A DNA stretch of 64,000 bases from the NCBI RefSeq assembly GCF_002105155.1, contig NW_019028982.1:992001-1056000 (forward strand), read 5' to 3'. The notes beneath the pieces are model-generated. The model saw nothing but the letters and a program-made list of their open reading frames with translations, was not told the origin of the DNA and did not search any database. Positions 49,591 through 62,483 of the stretch are shown one piece after another (position 1 is the first letter of the stretch; the number at the start of each line of letters is the position of its first letter). Both the position numbers and the translations under genes were made by a program. The DNA comes from Lobosporangium transversale (Eukaryota).

Positions 49591-50306
49591 TCGCGTTTGT
49601 GGGGAGAAGAGCACAAGCGGTCGGTGCACATAAGTTGGCTATCCCAAAAAAAAAAAAAAAAAAACAAACGCGCAGCTTCCTTATTAGAGTTTCAAAAAAA
49701 CTTACTCCAAAACGCAGGTTCGCACATTAATACGGTGGAAACACATGTCTTTTTTTTGTTTTTTAATCAAAAATAAGATCGTCTTTGAGAAGAGGGAAAG
49801 GACCGGAAAGACAGAGTAAGAGCAAAATGAGATAGCAGAAGAAGAACAGGATTAAGGGGAAAGGAAGATAAATTAAGGTAAAACTGCACATTCGGTTACA
49901 TAAAGCCGAGCTATTCATCTGCCTTTTGGACTGGGTGTCTGACTTGATGCGTACCACCTTCATCTTACTTTTCCTCTTTTCCTTTATTGTTCTTATTTAA
50001 TGTGGTATATGTGCCTTCACAGCCATTGGTCCCTGACATTATCTCTTTATCCACTTTTTGTTTTTATTTTTTTTGATCCTCCAGATCCCTTGTGTATTTT
50101 GATCACCCCTTACTTGATTCTTTTTTTTATTTTTTTTTTTATTTTTCTCTTTTACACCCATAGAACTGAACCCTGAGCCTTAGCATGGGCTTGAACCTTG
50201 GACCCAGTTATGGGATATGGAGATACAAAGGGAGATATAACAATAGACAGCAAGTGCAAAAGAACACTATTGGCTATGCTCTGATCTCTTTGGTCATAGT
50301 TCCCGA

Positions 50307-50342
<36 letters not shown>

Positions 50343-51230
50343 CCCTCAATCTCGCTCTCTTTATGCTCTAACCCTTTTCCTCGCCCTTTTCCTCGCCCTT
50401 TTCCTCGCCCTTGTCCTTGTCCTTGTCCTTGTCCTTGTCCTTGTCCTTTTTCCTTGTTGGTGTTGATTTTTTATTTTTTTTTATTATTATTATTATTTTT
50501 TTTAATGCAAAGAGCACAGTAACACACTGCTATTTTTTTTTTTTTCTTTATGCTAACCAAATCCACAATTGATAAAGATCAAGCCTAACCCTCCTTTCTG
50601 ATATGCACGGGCTGTATTGCTATTGTTTTTCAGAACATTCAATCCAAAAGAAAAGATATTTCTTTAATAGATCTGAGTAGACCAGAATGCAAACTAAGAA
50701 TGCAATAAAATAAGGACGACATGAATATCTGTCTATATGACGACTTTTTTTTTGAACGTCTTGTCTTTCTTTTCTTTCCTTTTCCTTTTTTAAGTAGCAT
50801 AATGATACATGCTCATATACGTGGACTTTCTTTTCTTTCTTCTTTCTTTTTTTTTAACTAAAAAAAAAAAAAAACGACGCTGCTCTTGTCTGCTGTTCTT
50901 ATTTCTCCGCTCACGTGCAGTTTTAAATTCAAAAGAGGGCAAGCACAGACGCTAGAGCGCGCGCGGAGATCTCGCCTGTATTAACAGAAACAAAGAAAAA
51001 GCGAGTAAGAGTGAGGGTGGTGGGGGGGTAAGAATGAGAATATGCTTGGCGAATAGGCTCTCGCTCTCACTCTCTGATGCAGCTCGGACCTCGATCAATC
51101 GAGCATGAACAATTGAAAGAATGAAATAAATAAATAAATAAATAATATTAATAAATAAATAAATAAATAAATAAATTAGTAGTAAAAAGTCCTTAGGTTG
51201 ACCAGAAGGAGGAAAAGGATCCAAAAAATC

Positions 51231-51262
<32 letters not shown>

Positions 51263-52813
51263 GTTTTCTAAACCAAAAGTCCGAGAAAAAAAAAATCAGG
51301 AACAAAAGAAGATGAAGAGAAGGAGGTGACATTTGATCTCTTATTACCGCCTATGCCAATGCAATTGTCCCCTATTTTTTTTTTTTTTTTTATTTTTTCC
51401 TTCTCTCTCCTCTCTCTCTCCTCAAGATTGAACAAAGCTGTGTATACGCATTTCGTCCGCTGTGCCGGAAGCATAAAACATAAAACAGAAAACCCCCTTT
51501 GATTCCACTTTGTACTTTTAAAACCATATATCGATGTATTTTTTTTTTTTTTTTACTCTTTGATTCAATCACTCCATGCCCGTCGTCTATATTGCTCAAA
51601 GACCACTACTGCTTTTTCGCTCTATTAATCCACAGGGCATGTACATGTAGCATGTTGCATGTAGATGAACATGTTATTCAAGATCCTGCAGCTGCAGCAC
51701 ACATCGTTCAAAGCCGGGCAAAATACTTTTTCCTCTTATTTTGCTCAAAAATAAACAGGACCGTTTCCTAAAATGATTATCTATTGTTATTCAGATTCTC
51801 TTAACCTCTCCCCTTAGAAATATCTAGGACCCCGGTTTATTAGCAGAACAGCATAGCTCCTATATGCTTTATCATTTTCGCAATTAATCACTACTTAATA
51901 ACAGCTTAATCGCACAAGCGCGTATTCACCCAAGTATGGAGCCAACTAAGTCAGTCCAAGATCAAAGAACTTACTGATATTCTCGAATAAGAAAAAAAAA
52001 AAGAAAAAGAAAGCTTTTTTACCCTACAGGTAAGCGAAAAGATTCGGAAAAAATCATACTTCTTCCATTGAAATACCATACAGAAGACTGTAAGGCCGTC
52101 GTTTGGCCAGACGAGCCCAAGACCAGCCGCATTTGCTAGGATAGGATGTCTCTGGGTTTGAGGCAACCAAGGAGAAGCCCTCAATGATTGAACTATTTAC
52201 GATGCAATGAAGTGTGATAGTAAAAAGGGGAGGGGGGGGGGCATGCTATGGGAGTTGCATATCATAGAGTTTGTAGAATTGAGAGGACCATGGTTATAGG
52301 AGAAGTGCATTAGTTTTCTGTGTAAAGGATCAAACAGTCGTCTTCGTACTTGGGGCGTTTGCAGGGGAAGAAGGACGGATTTTCATTCCAATGTCACACA
52401 GCAACAACCATAAACCACATTATGAAGACCCCTTGGGTGAATTTGCGAATATACGAATATGCGACTGTGCCTGTAGAGTCTGGAAGGCTCCCACACTACC
52501 CAACGCCAACGCCAACGCCAACACCAACGCCAACGCCAACGCCAACGCCGTACATGTGGAGCTGAACTCAAGGAGAGGCCAAGAAACCTATCACGATTGA
52601 ACCACAGGCTTTGCTACAGCGTGGAATCACATCTATCACAAACTTTTCGAGCTATGTCAAGAAGGCTCTGAGACGGGTTACAACTCCAAAAAAATAAAAA
52701 AAAATAAAAAAAAAAAAATAACGCTAAATTTTATTAGATAAGGTAACCTGTTTATTATTTAGTAATCGCATTGAAATTAAGAGCGACCAACTAGGAAATA
52801 GGCTATACATGTA

Positions 52814-54149
52814 CAGTCACCTGAAATAAAGTTTGGACAAAATGGATTTTCTTGATTTTTTTTTGAACAACCTGGACAAACAGCTCATATGCAACATACA
52901 TAAAGACTTCATCAATACACATGAAATTTTACATGCTCACTAAAGAGGTCAATACTGTTATTTATTGGGGTTTTGAAGACGGCATTGTTAGAGTAGCAAA
53001 AGTGCCATGTAGGTTCAATAGTGAGTGTTCCTACCATCGACCCCATTCACTTCTTCCAGCCTTTCGGGCATGGTAGCGACAAGGCTGGCCAGCCTCTCTT
53101 GCGGTAAATTATTCCACTCTTCGATAAGAGCCCGTGTGAGAGTGGGAAGATCTCTTGGCCCTTTAGCGCGCCTATCGAGTGCATCCGCAAGAAGTGACCA
53201 TACATGTTCAATAGGGTTCAAATCTGAGGAGCATGAAGGCCAGTCTGGAATCCTGGGGATGCTGTTTTTTTCGCGCCATTCTTTTGCAATCTTACAAGTA
53301 TGAACTGGAGCATTATCCTCCATAAGTATGCCATCCTCTACCTCAGCCATAAATCTGGCTAGCTCGCCTTGATATACATCTTCCACGAAACACCGTCCAT
53401 CTTTACGACCTCTTTCAAATACAACCAACCGAGACTTTCTGGTTGCTGTGAACGCCCCCCAGACCATCAGAGTTGTTCTACCACTTTTGAAAGTGGGTGC
53501 GAGGCAATCATGATCGTACTTTTCCTCTACTTTACGCCAAACTCTTATTTGACGAAAATGCTCACCAACTTCAAATGATGATTCGTCAGTCCAAACTACC
53601 CGATTCCAGTCTTCCATGGACCAACTCATATATTTTTTGACAAACTGCAGCCTCCTTTTTATATGTCCTTCTTTTAAGAATGGTTTTTTTACTGCAATCC
53701 GGCTGAAAATACCCAGTGAATGCAATGCCTTCGCAACTGTCCTCTCGCAAACTTTGTTCGGCAATTGGTTAGTGATATCATTAAGAGTACACCTTCTATT
53801 CTGCTTAGTATGGCGAACGATGCTCCTGAGGTCCCGTTCACTTAGTACTTTGGGCCGTCCTGGGATCGGAGTGCAAGCAGTGGTGCCTCTTTCTTGGTAC
53901 ACCCTGATAATATTAATAACAGAGGTTCGGGGTACACCGCGTTGCAATGCGATTTCCGCAGCCTTCATGCCCGCGAGGTGCATTCCAACGATGATACCTT
54001 TATTCTCAATGTCTAAGTGTCTCGCCATGGTGGTTTACTCAAGCTGTTTGTATGTGAAAAACAGGAAGGAAAGAGATTGAAGGAAACGCTTCCCTACGTA
54101 ACTATTTCAATATTTTATTTTTTTGTCCAATCTTTGTTTCAGGTGACTG
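52814..54149 (-). mobile_element. Tc1/mariner element, 1336 bp, copy B
   Basis: CAGTCACCTG...CAGGTGACTG TIRs, TA flanks. Confidence 0.97.
53015..54028 (-). CDS. Tc1-like DD35E transposase, 337 aa
   Basis: HTH region, GRPK, WTDES, MVWGAF, EDNAPVH, WPSCSSDLNPIEHVW; 35 residues between the second D and the E. Confidence 0.95.
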   Translation of the reverse strand: MARHLDIENKGIIVGMHLAGMKAAEIALQRGVPRTSVINIIRVYQERGTTACTPIPGRPKVLSERDLRSIVRHTKQNRRCTLNDITNQLPNKVCERTVAKALHSLGIFSRIAVKKPFLKEGHIKRRLQFVKKYMSWSMEDWNRVVWTDESSFEVGEHFRQIRVWRKVEEKYDHDCLAPTFKSGRTTLMVWGAFTATRKSRLVVFERGRKDGRCFVEDVYQGELARFMAEVEDGILMEDNAPVHTCKIAKEWREKNSIPRIPDWPSCSSDLNPIEHVWSLLADALDRRAKGPRDLPTLTRALIEEWNNLPQERLASLVATMPERLEEVNGVDGRNTHY

Positions 54150-54183
54150 TACAAAAGTGTACAATTATCGAGATTCCACTGTA

Positions 54184-55519
54184 CAGTCACCTGAAACAAA
54201 GATTGGACAAAAAAATAAAATATTGAAATAGTTACGTAGGGAAGCGTTTCCTTCAATCTCTTTCCTTCCTGTTTTTCACATACAAACAGCTTGAGTAAAC
54301 CACCATGGCGAGACACTTAGACATTGAGAATAAAGGTATCATCGTTGGAATGCACCTCGCGGGCATGAAGGCTGCGGAAATCGCATTGCAACGCGGTGTA
54401 CCCCGAACCTCTGTTATTAATATTATCAGGGTGTACCAAGAAAGAGGCACCACTGCTTGCACTCCGATCCCAGGACGGCCCAAAGTACTAAGTGAACGGG
54501 ACCTCAGGAGCATCGTTCGCCATACTAAGCAGAATAGAAGGTGTACTCTTAATGATATCACTAACCAATTGCCGAACAAAGTTTGCGAGAGGACAGTTGC
54601 GAAGGCATTGCATTCACTGGGTATTTTCAGCCGGATTGCAGTAAAAAAACCATTCTTAAAAGAAGGACATATAAAAAGGAGGCTGCAGTTTGTCAAAAAA
54701 TATATGAGTTGGTCCATGGAAGACTGGAATCGGGTAGTTTGGACTGACGAATCATCATTTGAAGTTGGTGAGCATTTTCGTCAAATAAGAGTTTGGCGTA
54801 AAGTAGAGGAAAAGTACGATCATGATTGCCTCGCACCCACTTTCAAAAGTGGTAGAACAACTCTGATGGTCTGGGGGGCGTTCACAGCAACCAGAAAGTC
54901 TCGGTTGGTTGTATTTGAAAGAGGTCGTAAAGATGGACGGTGTTTCGTGGAAGATGTATATCAAGGCGAGCTAGCCAGATTTATGGCTGAGGTAGAGGAT
55001 GGCATACTTATGGAGGATAATGCTCCAGTTCATACTTGTAAGATTGCAAAAGAATGGCGCGAAAAAAACAGCATCCCCAGGATTCCAGACTGGCCTTCAT
55101 GCTCCTCAGATTTGAACCCTATTGAACATGTATGGTCACTTCTTGCGGATGCACTCGATAGGCGCGCTAAAGGGCCAAGAGATCTTCCCACTCTCACACG
55201 GGCTCTTATCGAAGAGTGGAATAATTTACCGCAAGAGAGGCTGGCCAGCCTTGTCGCTACCATGCCCGAAAGGCTGGAAGAAGTGAATGGGGTCGATGGT
55301 AGGAACACTCACTATTGAACCTACATGGCACTTTTGCTACTCTAACAATGCCGTCTTCAAAACCCCAATAAATAACAGTATTGACCTCTTTAGTGAGCAT
55401 GTAAAATTTCATGTGTATTGATGAAGTCTTTATGTATGTTGCATATGAGCTGTTTGTCCAGGTTGTTCAAAAAAAAATCAAGAAAATCCATTTTGTCCAA
55501 ACTTTATTTCAGGTGACTG
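54184..55519 (+). mobile_element. Tc1/mariner element, 1336 bp, copy C (inverted relative to B)
   Basis: Mirror of 52814-54149; TA flanks. Confidence 0.97.
54305..55318 (+). CDS. Tc1-like DD35E transposase, 337 aa
   Basis: Protein identical to 53015-54028. Confidence 0.95.
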   Translation: MARHLDIENKGIIVGMHLAGMKAAEIALQRGVPRTSVINIIRVYQERGTTACTPIPGRPKVLSERDLRSIVRHTKQNRRCTLNDITNQLPNKVCERTVAKALHSLGIFSRIAVKKPFLKEGHIKRRLQFVKKYMSWSMEDWNRVVWTDESSFEVGEHFRQIRVWRKVEEKYDHDCLAPTFKSGRTTLMVWGAFTATRKSRLVVFERGRKDGRCFVEDVYQGELARFMAEVEDGILMEDNAPVHTCKIAKEWREKNSIPRIPDWPSCSSDLNPIEHVWSLLADALDRRAKGPRDLPTLTRALIEEWNNLPQERLASLVATMPERLEEVNGVDGRNTHY

Positions 55520-55814
55520 TACTTCTGGTTGAAGGCTGCCACGCTGTAAAGCCCTAAGGCGGACCGCCGGGCAAGAGAGCATTGCATTTTAACTAGACAG
55601 TGTCGGGATTTAGGAAAGTAAGTTAAATAAAGGTGTGGAGTCTACACACCGCGTTCAAGGAGCATTTGTTTATCCTTCGTCAATAAGAGAATAATAACTC
55701 ATCTTCATGCTCGACTATAAAGCATCATATTGTAAGCTTATGTAGGAAGTACTGTTTGCTTCTTTGTGTCTCAGGCCACACTAATTTATCAATCTGTCAA
55801 TCCATCGACCAAGA

Positions 55815-55921
55815 TAGCGCCCTTCAAATATCAAAACAAAAATTTGCCATTTGCCATTTTTAGGCGAACGCAATAGTCGAAAAGTCATCACATTTTTTGT
55901 TTTGATATTTGAAGGGCACTA
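55815..55921. mobile_element. ~107-bp MITE-like foldback
   Basis: TAGCGCCCTTCAAATATCAAAACAAAAA mirrors TTTTTGTTTTGATATTTGAAGGGCACTA (one mismatch). Confidence 0.65.
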
Positions 55922-55948
55922 ATATAGAACAAAGAGTTAATTAGATTT

Positions 55949-55985
<37 letters not shown>

Positions 55986-56029
55986 AAAAGTTTGAAGCAG
56001 ACGGAAATGTCAGTAATATTCCTTACAAG

Positions 56030-56696
56030 TTAAAGAAGGAATACTCTCTGGTATCTTGCTGGCATAATGAGCTTGCTTTGAGTTCTTTGTGGGGCGTTGA
56101 CTTTGTGGCCCGTCGCAATACGGTCCGCAAGAGCGAACTGGGTATCGCCGTTGACGTTATGGACCTTGTTATTAACATTCTGAAGGACCTAGCATTTGTT
56201 TTTCGAGAACTCGGTTAATTACAGGACTCAGTAAACAAAGCCTTTTCCGAGTGTGAGTGTCAAAGGACATTACTTCTATCAACATAGACCAAGGCTGCGT
56301 ACGGTCTCTGTCCGATGTATTTTTACTGGATGGATGGGCATTAATAGTGACAAGAGAATGAGGGCGCCCTGCACGTCAATAAAGCGCTATTAAACAATAA
56401 TCTAGTGGAACATCAACTTACGGCATTCGAAGAGCCTTCAGAGATGAGGGAACGCTCGATGAGGTCGGAAAGCCAGTTTGCTAGCAGCCTAGGAAAGCAG
56501 GTGCATAAGAAGAACTGTAATTCCTAACAGTCAGTGGCTTTAATAAGTCGCGTCCCGGTTATTCGAGCTCATCAATGAATTTTTACCTGCTTTCGATAAT
56601 GAAGCTTCTGAAAGAGCGCATTGTTACTAGTTTTAAGGCATCAATAGCTGATGAGGGGCGAGGGATGCTCTGCAGGGAGCAGCATACGTTGTGCAT
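56030..56696 (-). pseudogene. Probable decayed multi-exon gene of unknown function
   Basis: Alternating exon-like blocks (LLANWLSDLIERSLISEG; KYIGQRPYAALVYVDR; VLQNVNNKVHNVNGDTQFALADRIATG) and GT...AG intron-like blocks; splice phases inconsistent and an in-frame stop. Confidence 0.35.
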
Positions 56697-58304
56697 AATA
56701 AAGGATAAGAGGACTGTAGAGTGAGAGAATAGATGATAAGAGAAAGCAGAGGGCGAAGGAGAGGAAGAGAGCAGAAGTGGCTCCGGCTCTACGAGCCTTT
56801 ATTTAGTTGCGCTCGCCCTCTATTGAGGCTATCCTACATGTCTATTGCTGATAGGTTGACCGTAGCATACCAACGATCAACGCAGTGATTGTACGTATCC
56901 GAAGCTGTGCGGTGTTGTACGGAATGCGTGATCATGATCATTTAGCACGCTCTTTTTTTTTTAAAGCCTTTCGGAGGCCTACTTGCAATGGTACGGACGC
57001 GCATGTACTCCTGGTTATGGACTGTCACGCTGCAATGCTTCAGGTAAGGCATCGGATAATGGAGTATTGAATTTTAACTGGGCAATATTGAAGGTGGAAA
57101 AGCAAGTGAGAAAAATATCTGGGGTTCACACACCATGCCTATGAATAATCTAGTCAAAACGCAGCTTCATGCCTGACAATGGAATACTGAATGTTGATTA
57201 TTAATATCCATACTAGAGGCTCATTTAGTAAGCACCTATTGATCTTTAACGCAACAGATCACTCCACCAATCTGTCAATCCTTTAATTTGAATAATTTAA
57301 TTTATTTTGCTTTGGATGATCGCTCATTTTCCTGAGCAGAGCGTGTATCTTTGTATTAATGACCGACAACAAACATCGAACTGTGAGTGTCCTGCACCTT
57401 ATTTCTTTTGTTTTTCTCAAAAATTTATTAAGCCACGGCCTTCCTAAGCTCAATGGGCCTTGGACCATTGGTTTTTCATCGATTCTAACAAAAATCTCAA
57501 CATCCTCCAGCATGAGCGCGTTCTCCTCATCTCGTCTGTCGGTGGTCCGTGCGAGTGAGAGAGAAATGAGAAATGAGGAAGACGGATTGTTTGATCTTAT
57601 TGTTTCTCTTTGAGAACACAAAAATACTCGACGAGGAAGGCGAGAAGATGCTTATAGTAGAAGTTCGAAGGAAGAAGAGCATAGCCCACCACCGTTTGAG
57701 CCACGCTCAAGGCCAGAGAATACCGCTTATATCATCCTGCCTCCTGAATTAGCACACGGTTCTCACAACTGTTTTTATGAATTTCACAACCCTTCATATT
57801 CCAAAAATAAAAAAATCATTGTTCTGCCCAAAATAAAGAATGTGTTATAAATCTTACATTGGTCTACTACAGACTTTTGCCAAGACAAATATGTCCTCTA
57901 AACCTTACGGTCGAAGGGATAGAGGATCAAAAACAAAAGCCTTGAATCTGATATCCCTCCATACATTTTCCAGGGCTGTAGTTCACGCATTATGTAGCTA
58001 CATACAATCCTCTGTGCCTGAAAGTATCCATTCTAGAACATATTGGTTATTTGTCAAAAAACTATTTTTTGATTTAAACCGTAGAACATTCATGTCTAAG
58101 AGAAGGCGAGAGGGACAGGAAGGGAGGGATCGGAATAGGTCGCACGAAGCAGTGTTTGGCGATATGCGCCCTCTTCAACATCAAGTTTCGGTGAAAATGT
58201 TTATAACATATAGAATGGATCCGACGAGCACCATATTGCTTATCCACCAGTTCCTTCTCAACGATTAACATCTTTTCAACTACTCATTTTTCTCCGCTTT
58301 AACT

Positions 58305-58986
58305 ATGCTTCCGAAACTAAGCTTACCCAGCGTCATCATATTGGCACTCATTGCGGTCGTTACCTCCAGCAATGCGGCTCCAATGCTCAGAAAGGGCGCG
58401 TCTCCTGCATTCTTAATAAGGATCCCAAGCTCCTCAAGCCTGAGATCATGGCTGTTAGCCTTGCTGATCCTAGAACGTGCACCATCTTCTCGGCGTAGAA
58501 TTTTGCAGGGTCTCCTCGAGAAGGTGCGCTCCTCCGGTGCCAGTCTTCAAGGTGGCTCCGTCACCTAAGGTACTGGATATACTATCTGGGCCTGTTTCGA
58601 CCCTGATGCATGTCAACGATGCACGATGGACAATTCAAAGCTTGCTACCTACCAGTTGAGGAATACTCTTTATGGACGTGTCAACTCGAACTGCGGCTTG
58701 GTCAACTATGACCTTTCAAGATCATGCTGGGGACGGATTTAGTGGTGATAAAAAGGAGGATGAAAATAAGGATGACGAGGGTAGCGGCGATATAAAGAAG
58801 GGTGATAGTGAGGGTAAAGATGGGGATGATGACAGGATGAGGGCGATAATGAGGGCGAGGACGGGGACGATGAGGGCGAGGGTGATGAGGGCGATGGTGA
58901 TGATGACACGAAGACAGCGACGGACAAGGGCTCGCTCGTGTGATTGTAGATGGCAGTCAGGAAATGAGGCACCGTCCACTCTGTAA
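58305..58986 (+). pseudogene. Probable secreted-protein pseudogene with Cys-containing core and acidic D/E/G tail
   Basis: Signal peptide MLPKLSLPSVIILALIAVVTSSNA; reading through the TAA at 58566 gives GTGYTIWACFDPDACQRC...NCGLVNYDLSRSCWG; acidic repeat tail in shifted frames. Confidence 0.45.
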
Positions 58987-59931
58987 CGTATTAGAAGTAA
59001 AAGTATTAGAGAACAATAAAAAGTCTCATGCCTTCAAACAGCTTTTTCATGGAAATGGGTGCATACGATCTTAGAGAAAGGCAATCCCATTATGATGAAC
59101 CGGTCGTTTTATTGTATTTGTTATATTATCACTCTATCAGAACACCGGCCAAAGCACAGACCAAGCTCAAGCTCTTTCAACAGGTTCATATTGTTTTCTG
59201 TAGATCACCCCTTAATCCGGAAATTCCACCTGAACTAGTTTTACATTTTATATATAAAGTTAATTTCATTTGTAATGCATAATTAATATAAGTTAATTCT
59301 CATCCCATCTCAGTTGGACCCCATGCAGACAACCTCCTTGGGCGGATTGAAAATTATAAATGAAGAAAAGAAAAGAAAAGAAAAAAAAAAGGGTGTTTTG
59401 GAACAAGGCCATTACTATAAATGAATAAGATAAACAGCCGAGTTGATAGAAAAGCGTTGATGATGGATCATCATTTTCCCCCTTTTTTCTTTTTTTTCTT
59501 TTTTCCTAATCATGACACTGCGTAGCACAAAAGTATAATTGGCATTAGCAATGGGAGAAAATCTATAAAATCAGTCAATTAAACCATAAAAAAAAAGGCG
59601 GGCAGAGATTCCTTTTCTTCTTCAATTGGCCTTTAATGCTTGCATGTGTAAACTTGAAGACGAAACACTAAAATAAACAGACGATGAAAGAAAAGAGGGA
59701 GGAGTGGGGCAAATCAGTACCCTTTCCTTCACTTTCTTCTTTTCCCCTCTTTGTTTACAACCATCTTCCCTTTACTTTCCCTACACACCCTCTCTCCTTT
59801 CCTTCCCTTCCCTTCATTCACACTCTTCTTTTTTTTTGGCCCATTTCCATCACTCATGTCTTTTCATTAGCAACGTGCTCGCAGAGTGGAAATTTAACAC
59901 AACAAATTGCTGAAAACCAAAAGACATCAGA

Positions 59932-61987
59932 ATGTCAACATTTGACCCTGTCATTTCATCATGGTTGGCTGCTGGCTCATGTATAGGTTTCACTTGCCTC
60001 TTTGTCGGATCCCTCTACTTATTTCCCCTCAGGACCAAGCAACAGGCACGCGAATATGCAGCTCGTTACAGCCTACTTTCATCCATCGCACAGTCCACTC
60101 CAGTTGCTGCCTCAGCTTCTGCGCTAGCTGTCGTCACAGCAGCAGCAGCAGCAGCATCTGGTGTCACTACAATTTCCATTGATAATGATAATAGTAATAA
60201 TAATCATAATAATAATAATGATAATGCACCATCGCGACGATCATCATTATCTTCGAACGATGATGATAATGATACAACTCCGCCTGCTTCTCCAAGGATT
60301 TCTACCTCTTCCATTTCAACGACAACAACCTTGGACAGTATGCACACTGCAGTCAGTAGTATCAATAATATTGGATCTCCATCCCTTACACCCACAACAA
60401 CCACTACAACAACAACAACAACAACAACAACACCAACAACGACAGCTACGATGATAAACCACAGCAATTCGGGAGTGAATACAGTCAGTACAATCAGTGC
60501 AGGCGCTCTGAGCGCCACTACAGGAAGCATGACCAAACCACAACCAAGTGGGGTTCCTGATAATAGAGCACATCGTACCAGTACACATCTACACCTTATG
60601 GAATCTGGTGCATATGGCATAGGCATAAACATGGGCAGCCCTTCATTGACCTCGACTACGACTATGATGACAAGTTCTAGTACCAGTAATACCAACAGCA
60701 ATAATGACAATACTAGTTTCGCCAATTCTGCTAGAAATAGTTTTCCGGCTTTACCTAAACGATCTCCATCATCAGGAACAGCTGACAAACGAGCATATCG
60801 TACTAGTTCACATTTTCAATTTGTAGAGAGTGTCAATAACAACAGTAATAGCAATATATCATCACCCATGGCATCTCCTGCACTATCGACTATTTCTGCT
60901 GGCAGCACTAGTACTTTTATTGTATCGCCTTCTACGTTGTCATCCTCTACGTTAGGAGGTTCAGGACCTGCTGCACGACCAGAAGTTGTGACCCACTCAT
61001 ATTCATCTTCATATTTTTATGATCAACACCAATCTAATGCTCCATATTATCATCATCACCCACAACAACCATACCAACAGCATCCACACCAACAAGAACA
61101 ACAAAGGGTATCTCAAATGTTACATTCACCTTCAGCAGCGGATAAAAAGTTGGATCGAAACCATCCTTTAGTAATTAAACAAAGATTCAAAGGAATTTTC
61201 TTGACTTGTTTTGTGGCTCCGATCTACCTTTGGTGGGTGTTTAAACTCACAGGAGCAATTCCCAACGATCTGGTAATTCAAATGAAAATGAAAATGAAAA
61301 TAGGACAAACACGTGTTGTGTCGTACCTGGGTTTAACATCAATTCTAATTCACCCATGTGAATACATGCATATATATATTCTTTTTCCTCTTCATCTTCA
61401 TTAGTCTTTCTGGTCGCGCCTAAGAACGTTTCTAGAACTATTAGGGATTTCGATTCCACAAAACATATTCAAGCTTTTCAATCATGTCGTGCTTCCTTTA
61501 TTCTTAATGGGCGTCCTATTCATGGGTCCCGTCCTGATGATGTTTTTAAGCAAAGAACTTCCATTCCAACAAGCCTTTGATTGGGTAACTCATCGGCAAT
61601 ATTTCCGAAGTTTGATCGGCATGAGAAATTTTGTCGTGGTAAGCTTTAATATTATAAATGATAATATATGTAAAATGAATACATTGATGAATATATATCA
61701 TTCAATCATAATAGTAACAATTCTTTTTTTTTTTTTTTTTTGTTTATTTTTTTTTTTTTTTTATTGTTATTATTAAAAAATAATAATAATAATAATTAGG
61801 GTCCTATTTCCGAAGAGTTCGTGTTTCGAGCATGCATGGTTGCAATTGTCGCACACACTGGCGCAAAATCTTATACTATGATCTTTGCATTGCCACTAGT
61901 GTTTGGTATAGGTAAATGATCTATTATTAATGTCCCTTGAATTTGCTCCGCTTAATTTTTTTCTTTCTCCTATCCAATCACTGATAC

Positions 61988-62043
<56 letters not shown>

Positions 62044-62483
62044 TAGCACATATTCACCATGGTTATGAATCCTTTGTGAGAAAGGGCCGGACACGACGTG
62101 CATTTTTAAATGCAACCCTTATGACTTGTTTTCAATTTCTCTACACAACCCTTTTTGGTTGGTTCGCCACTTACTTGTTCCTCAGAACGTCCAATTTGAT
62201 CGCACCCTGTATCTGCCATGCCTTCTGTAATTTGATGGGCTTCCCCGATGTCACCAACATTCAGTACTTTGGTCGATGGAAACACTGGCTTTATTTGGCT
62301 TTTGCAACCGGCATCCTCTTGTTCGGCCTCCTGCTACAACCCTTGACCTCGCCTAGTCTTTATGGTGATGAATTCTCTTCTGCTTATTGGAGCATCACAA
62401 TGAAGAGCACTTTAGCAGAAGCATCAATATCAGCATCAGCCGCAACAGTAGGTGTAGACACTGTCTTTAAGGCTGAGATCTAA
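59932..62483 (+). CDS. RCE1: CAAX prenyl protease 2 (Rce1) with a long low-complexity insertion
   Basis: Exons 59932-61272, 61405-61638, 61800-61911, 62047-62483. Motifs FVGSLY, RNHPLVIKQRF, RNFVVGPISEEFVFRACM, FGIAHIHH, YTTLFGW, HAFCNLMGFP. Confidence 0.95.

Noticed and set aside
52499..52550. CCAACG tandem repeat and similar short repeats as CRISPR or telomere seeds
   Set aside because: Simple microsatellites without spacers, in a genome full of them.
47300..52800. Many 60-150-aa ORFs in AT-rich intergenic DNA (also 3100-7500 and 35200-38400)
   Set aside because: Dominated by poly-F/poly-K from homopolymers; no coherent gene model found.
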